A stretch of 63,370 nucleotides of DNA, counting the filler, from Lenisia limosa (Eukaryota > Protista > Breviatea): the NCBI GenBank assembly GCA_001655205.1. It is 15 parts of 15 records of this genome, joined end to end, with 100 filler letters (N's around TTAATTAATTAA, not from the genome) between each part and the next. Parts side by side here need not be neighbours in the genome. Positions count along the whole stretch, not along the records: positions 59,347 to 61,177 come from LPNZ01005702.1; positions 61,278 to 63,370 come from LPNZ01004603.1; 13 more parts are not named here. One strand, 5' to 3'. Position 1 is the stretch's first letter, and each line of letters opens with the position of its first letter. Positions 60,831 through 63,370 of this stretch are shown in pieces. Position numbers and translations under genes: made by a program. The notes below the pieces were generated by a model. The model made no database searches, was not told the origin of the DNA, and worked only from the letters and a program-made list of their open reading frames with translations.

Positions 60831-60949
60831 CTTAATGGTCAAATTGGAAATTTATGAAACAAAAACAAAGCCCAAAATGAACTCTGTTAGCTGACGCCAG
60901 CACACTGGTTGGGACAACAAAACAAACAACAGTCTCTTCTGCAGCACCG
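60831..60949 (-). repeat. Family B copy ending at WD40 acceptor
   Basis: Reverse-complement match; the exon begins at 60830. Confidence 0.82.
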
Positions 60950-61599
60950 GATGGCAAGGGGGTAACGAAACAAACAACAGTCACCATGATAGTATTTCCC
61001 TTCAATAGTCGAACCGAACCGAACCGATAACGAAGTGAAATACCAGGTATAGAGGATGTTCGCGGGTAGGGTTTCACTTTGATCTGAACAAATATCGGTA
61101 GTTTTCAAGGATTTATCGAGAAATTCAGTCTATTTTCGAATCGAAGAAGCCGATGTCAGGAGTATAAGGGATGGGCANNNNNNNNNNNNNNNNNNNNNNN
61201 NNNNNNNNNNNNNNNNNNNNNTTAATTAATTAANNNNNNNNNNNNNNNNNNNNNNNNNNNNNNNNNNNNNNNNNNNNGAAAGGGGTCAATATCATCAATT
61301 GGGGGGTGGGGTTCGTGATTAGTACGTTTCGCCAATATTCTTCAATAACATTTCTGTCGTTTTAGCCCCTCCCATAAAATACTGCGTATAATAGTTACTA
61401 CGCATGGAGGCTGTGCTGCAGAAGCGATTGTCCTGGGCTTTTTTTTGTTTTGTTGTTATCAACCCTCGTGTGTTGTCAGCCAACAGAGTTGATTTTGAGC
61501 TTTTTTGTTTCATTAATTTTCGTGATTAGAGCTGCCAATATTCATCGTAATTTTCTTAGTTTTACTCTAACCACTTTTACATATTTACCTCCATTTTAG

Positions 61600-63314
61600 G
61601 CTACGTTTGCCCTACCAATTCCAAGTGTGTAGCTGTCGAAGAAAGCTTCAGCATCGCCTGTGTCTGCGAAGGCACCTACATGGATCCCTTAAGGTTGTAA
61701 CCCCCCCCCCCTCATAATTTTTTGTTTCATAACTTTGCAATTTTACTTCTATACCATGGCTGACGTTTCATAAACTTTTCAAGTTTACCCCCCTAGACCA
61801 TGGCTGACCTCAGCATTTGTCAAAAGGGAGGATGCGTGTGTGCCCCGTGGACCTTGCCAGGTACTGAAAAAGTTAACTTACATTAACTTACATTAACTTA
61901 CATTAACTTACACAGCTTGCATATTAATTTGTTTACATCTTCTTGCATCTAATTACATGTAAATGACTTACATTACCTTACTAGCATTAACTCACATTAA
62001 CTTACATAGGTTAACAACGGTGGTTGCGCCGATATTCGTTCCGCCTTCTGCGAGATACCCGATTTTTCTCACCCTGATATTTTCGAAGTTACCAAGAGAG
62101 TCAACGGAACTCATCCTGCAGTGCAATGCTCCTGTCTTCCTGGTGGGTGAAAAATGATGATGATGATGATGGTGTTGTTGTNNNNNNNNNNNNNNNNNNN
62201 NNNNNNNNNNNNNNNNNNNNNNNNNNNNNNNNNNNTTTTTTATTTATTTCAATTGCTATATGATATATACACGTGTGGACGGCTTTGGCCAGATACAACC
62301 TTATTTTATTTCTCATCTCCAAATTTCTCCTTACCCCCTTGCAGGATTTATTGGTGACGGTTTGGTCTGTGAAATGCTAGATACAGAAACATGCAGCACA
62401 GACTGTGGTGTTATTGCCACCCGGACGGCCGAGGTGGGTTACTTACCTTGTTGGTAAGGTTACAGCTTGCCTTATTAAGAAAAATGCTTCCCTTCGGTCC
62501 CAAAAATGACAGAATCTACGGATAAATCCAAGTTTCAATTTGTACCAACAATCTATATTAGGTAGTTCCCTACTTACCCTATTAGGAAGTTGCCATATGC
62601 GGTGACGAATGCGAGGCGGCCGTTGTGGAACTCGAGAATGATGCTTGGGAGCGCTGTGCCTTCCTTCACAACCCCAGCACTGACCACTACCCCCCTATCA
62701 ACTACGCGGTGAGTTGGGGTGAAACTGAATTGTTTATACCTTCCTTTGATGGCAACTTGCCTCTTCTATTACGGATACCTTCCACTTTTGGAAATTTGCA
62801 TATTTCATTCCAATAACCTTCCTCTTTCATCACTGACTTACCTTCCTCTTTTGGCAATTTGCTTAATCCGTCTAGTCCACGCACAACTGCACGTACCAAA
62901 GTGGTGAAACCTGGCGGTGTGTCGGAGAGGATCTGACCGTGGTGTACGCCAAAGGTTTGCGGGCTTCTTTTTGAGTTGATTTGGGCTCTTTTTTAGAGTT
63001 GACTTGGGCTTATTTGTTAAATTTTCATTGTACGCTAGAGTGATGGGATGCGGTGCTGCAGAAGCAACTGGCCTGCTTTGTTTGTTTTTGTTATCAACCC
63101 TCGTGTGTTGTCAGCCGACAGAGTTGATTTGGCTTTTTTGTTCCATAAATTTTCCAATGTTACCCGGCCCCTCCCTCCAGGCCGCGTCAGAGGTCCGGCC
63201 GGCTTCGAGGCTTCTGATGAGATTATCGCGTATTTCGAGAATACCACGGATACTGATCTCTTGGCTGCAGCTCAAGAGTTCTTCGTCGGACGCATCACCG
63301 AATGTGCTTATGAC
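61600..63314 (+). CDS. EGF-like domain extracellular protein, internal fragment
   Basis: CPTNSKCV..CVCEGTY; CQVNNGGC...CSCLPGFIGDGLVC, followed by further Cys-containing exons. Confidence 0.8.
63032..63180 (+). repeat. Family B intronic repeat (~150 bp), most complete copy, ends at 3' splice AG
   Basis: CGCT(G/A)GAGTGATGGGATGCGGTGCTGCAGAAGC(G/A)ACTGGCCTG...TTATCAACCCTCGTGTGTTGTCAGCC(A/G)ACAGAGTTGATTT(T)GGCTTTTT...CATAAATTTTCCAAT..TTACCC..CCAG, then the exon starts at 63181. Confidence 0.9.
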
Positions 63315-63370
63315 GTAAGGGGAAATTCGCAGGGATGGTACAGTGAAATAGGGAAACCAATGAGACCCCC

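Overview
This is eukaryotic, intron-dense DNA from a flagellated protist; the lineage cannot be fixed from sequence alone. It is a pseudo-scaffold of 15 contigs joined by N-TTAATTAATTAA-N linkers, so neighbours across linkers need not be adjacent and most genes are partial. The ORF track is mostly noise because the real genes are chains of short GT-AG exons. By manual splicing I recognise cytoplasmic dynein-1 heavy chain, DRC1, MSH6, BTAF1/Mot1, TMEM234, a GDA1/CD39 NTPDase, an F-BAR protein and a WD40 protein. I also find a large protein with a Ser-less alpha/beta-hydrolase domain, several Cys-rich surface proteins, a very divergent alpha-like tubulin, and a 2x[4Fe-4S] ferredoxin-like protein with a mitochondrial-type presequence. 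Introns contain at least four short dispersed repeat families (two TA-flanked MITEs, a 3' splice-site-associated family and a ~65 bp family), and there is one 591-bp foldback element. Three leads stand out. (1) An in-frame TAG sits inside an otherwise perfect EGF domain while confident gene ends use TAA/TGA, hinting at UAG reassignment, though only one instance is strong. (2) One repeat family is almost always sense-oriented and often ends exactly at the 3' splice AG. (3) Many introns open with poly-G and close with poly-C.
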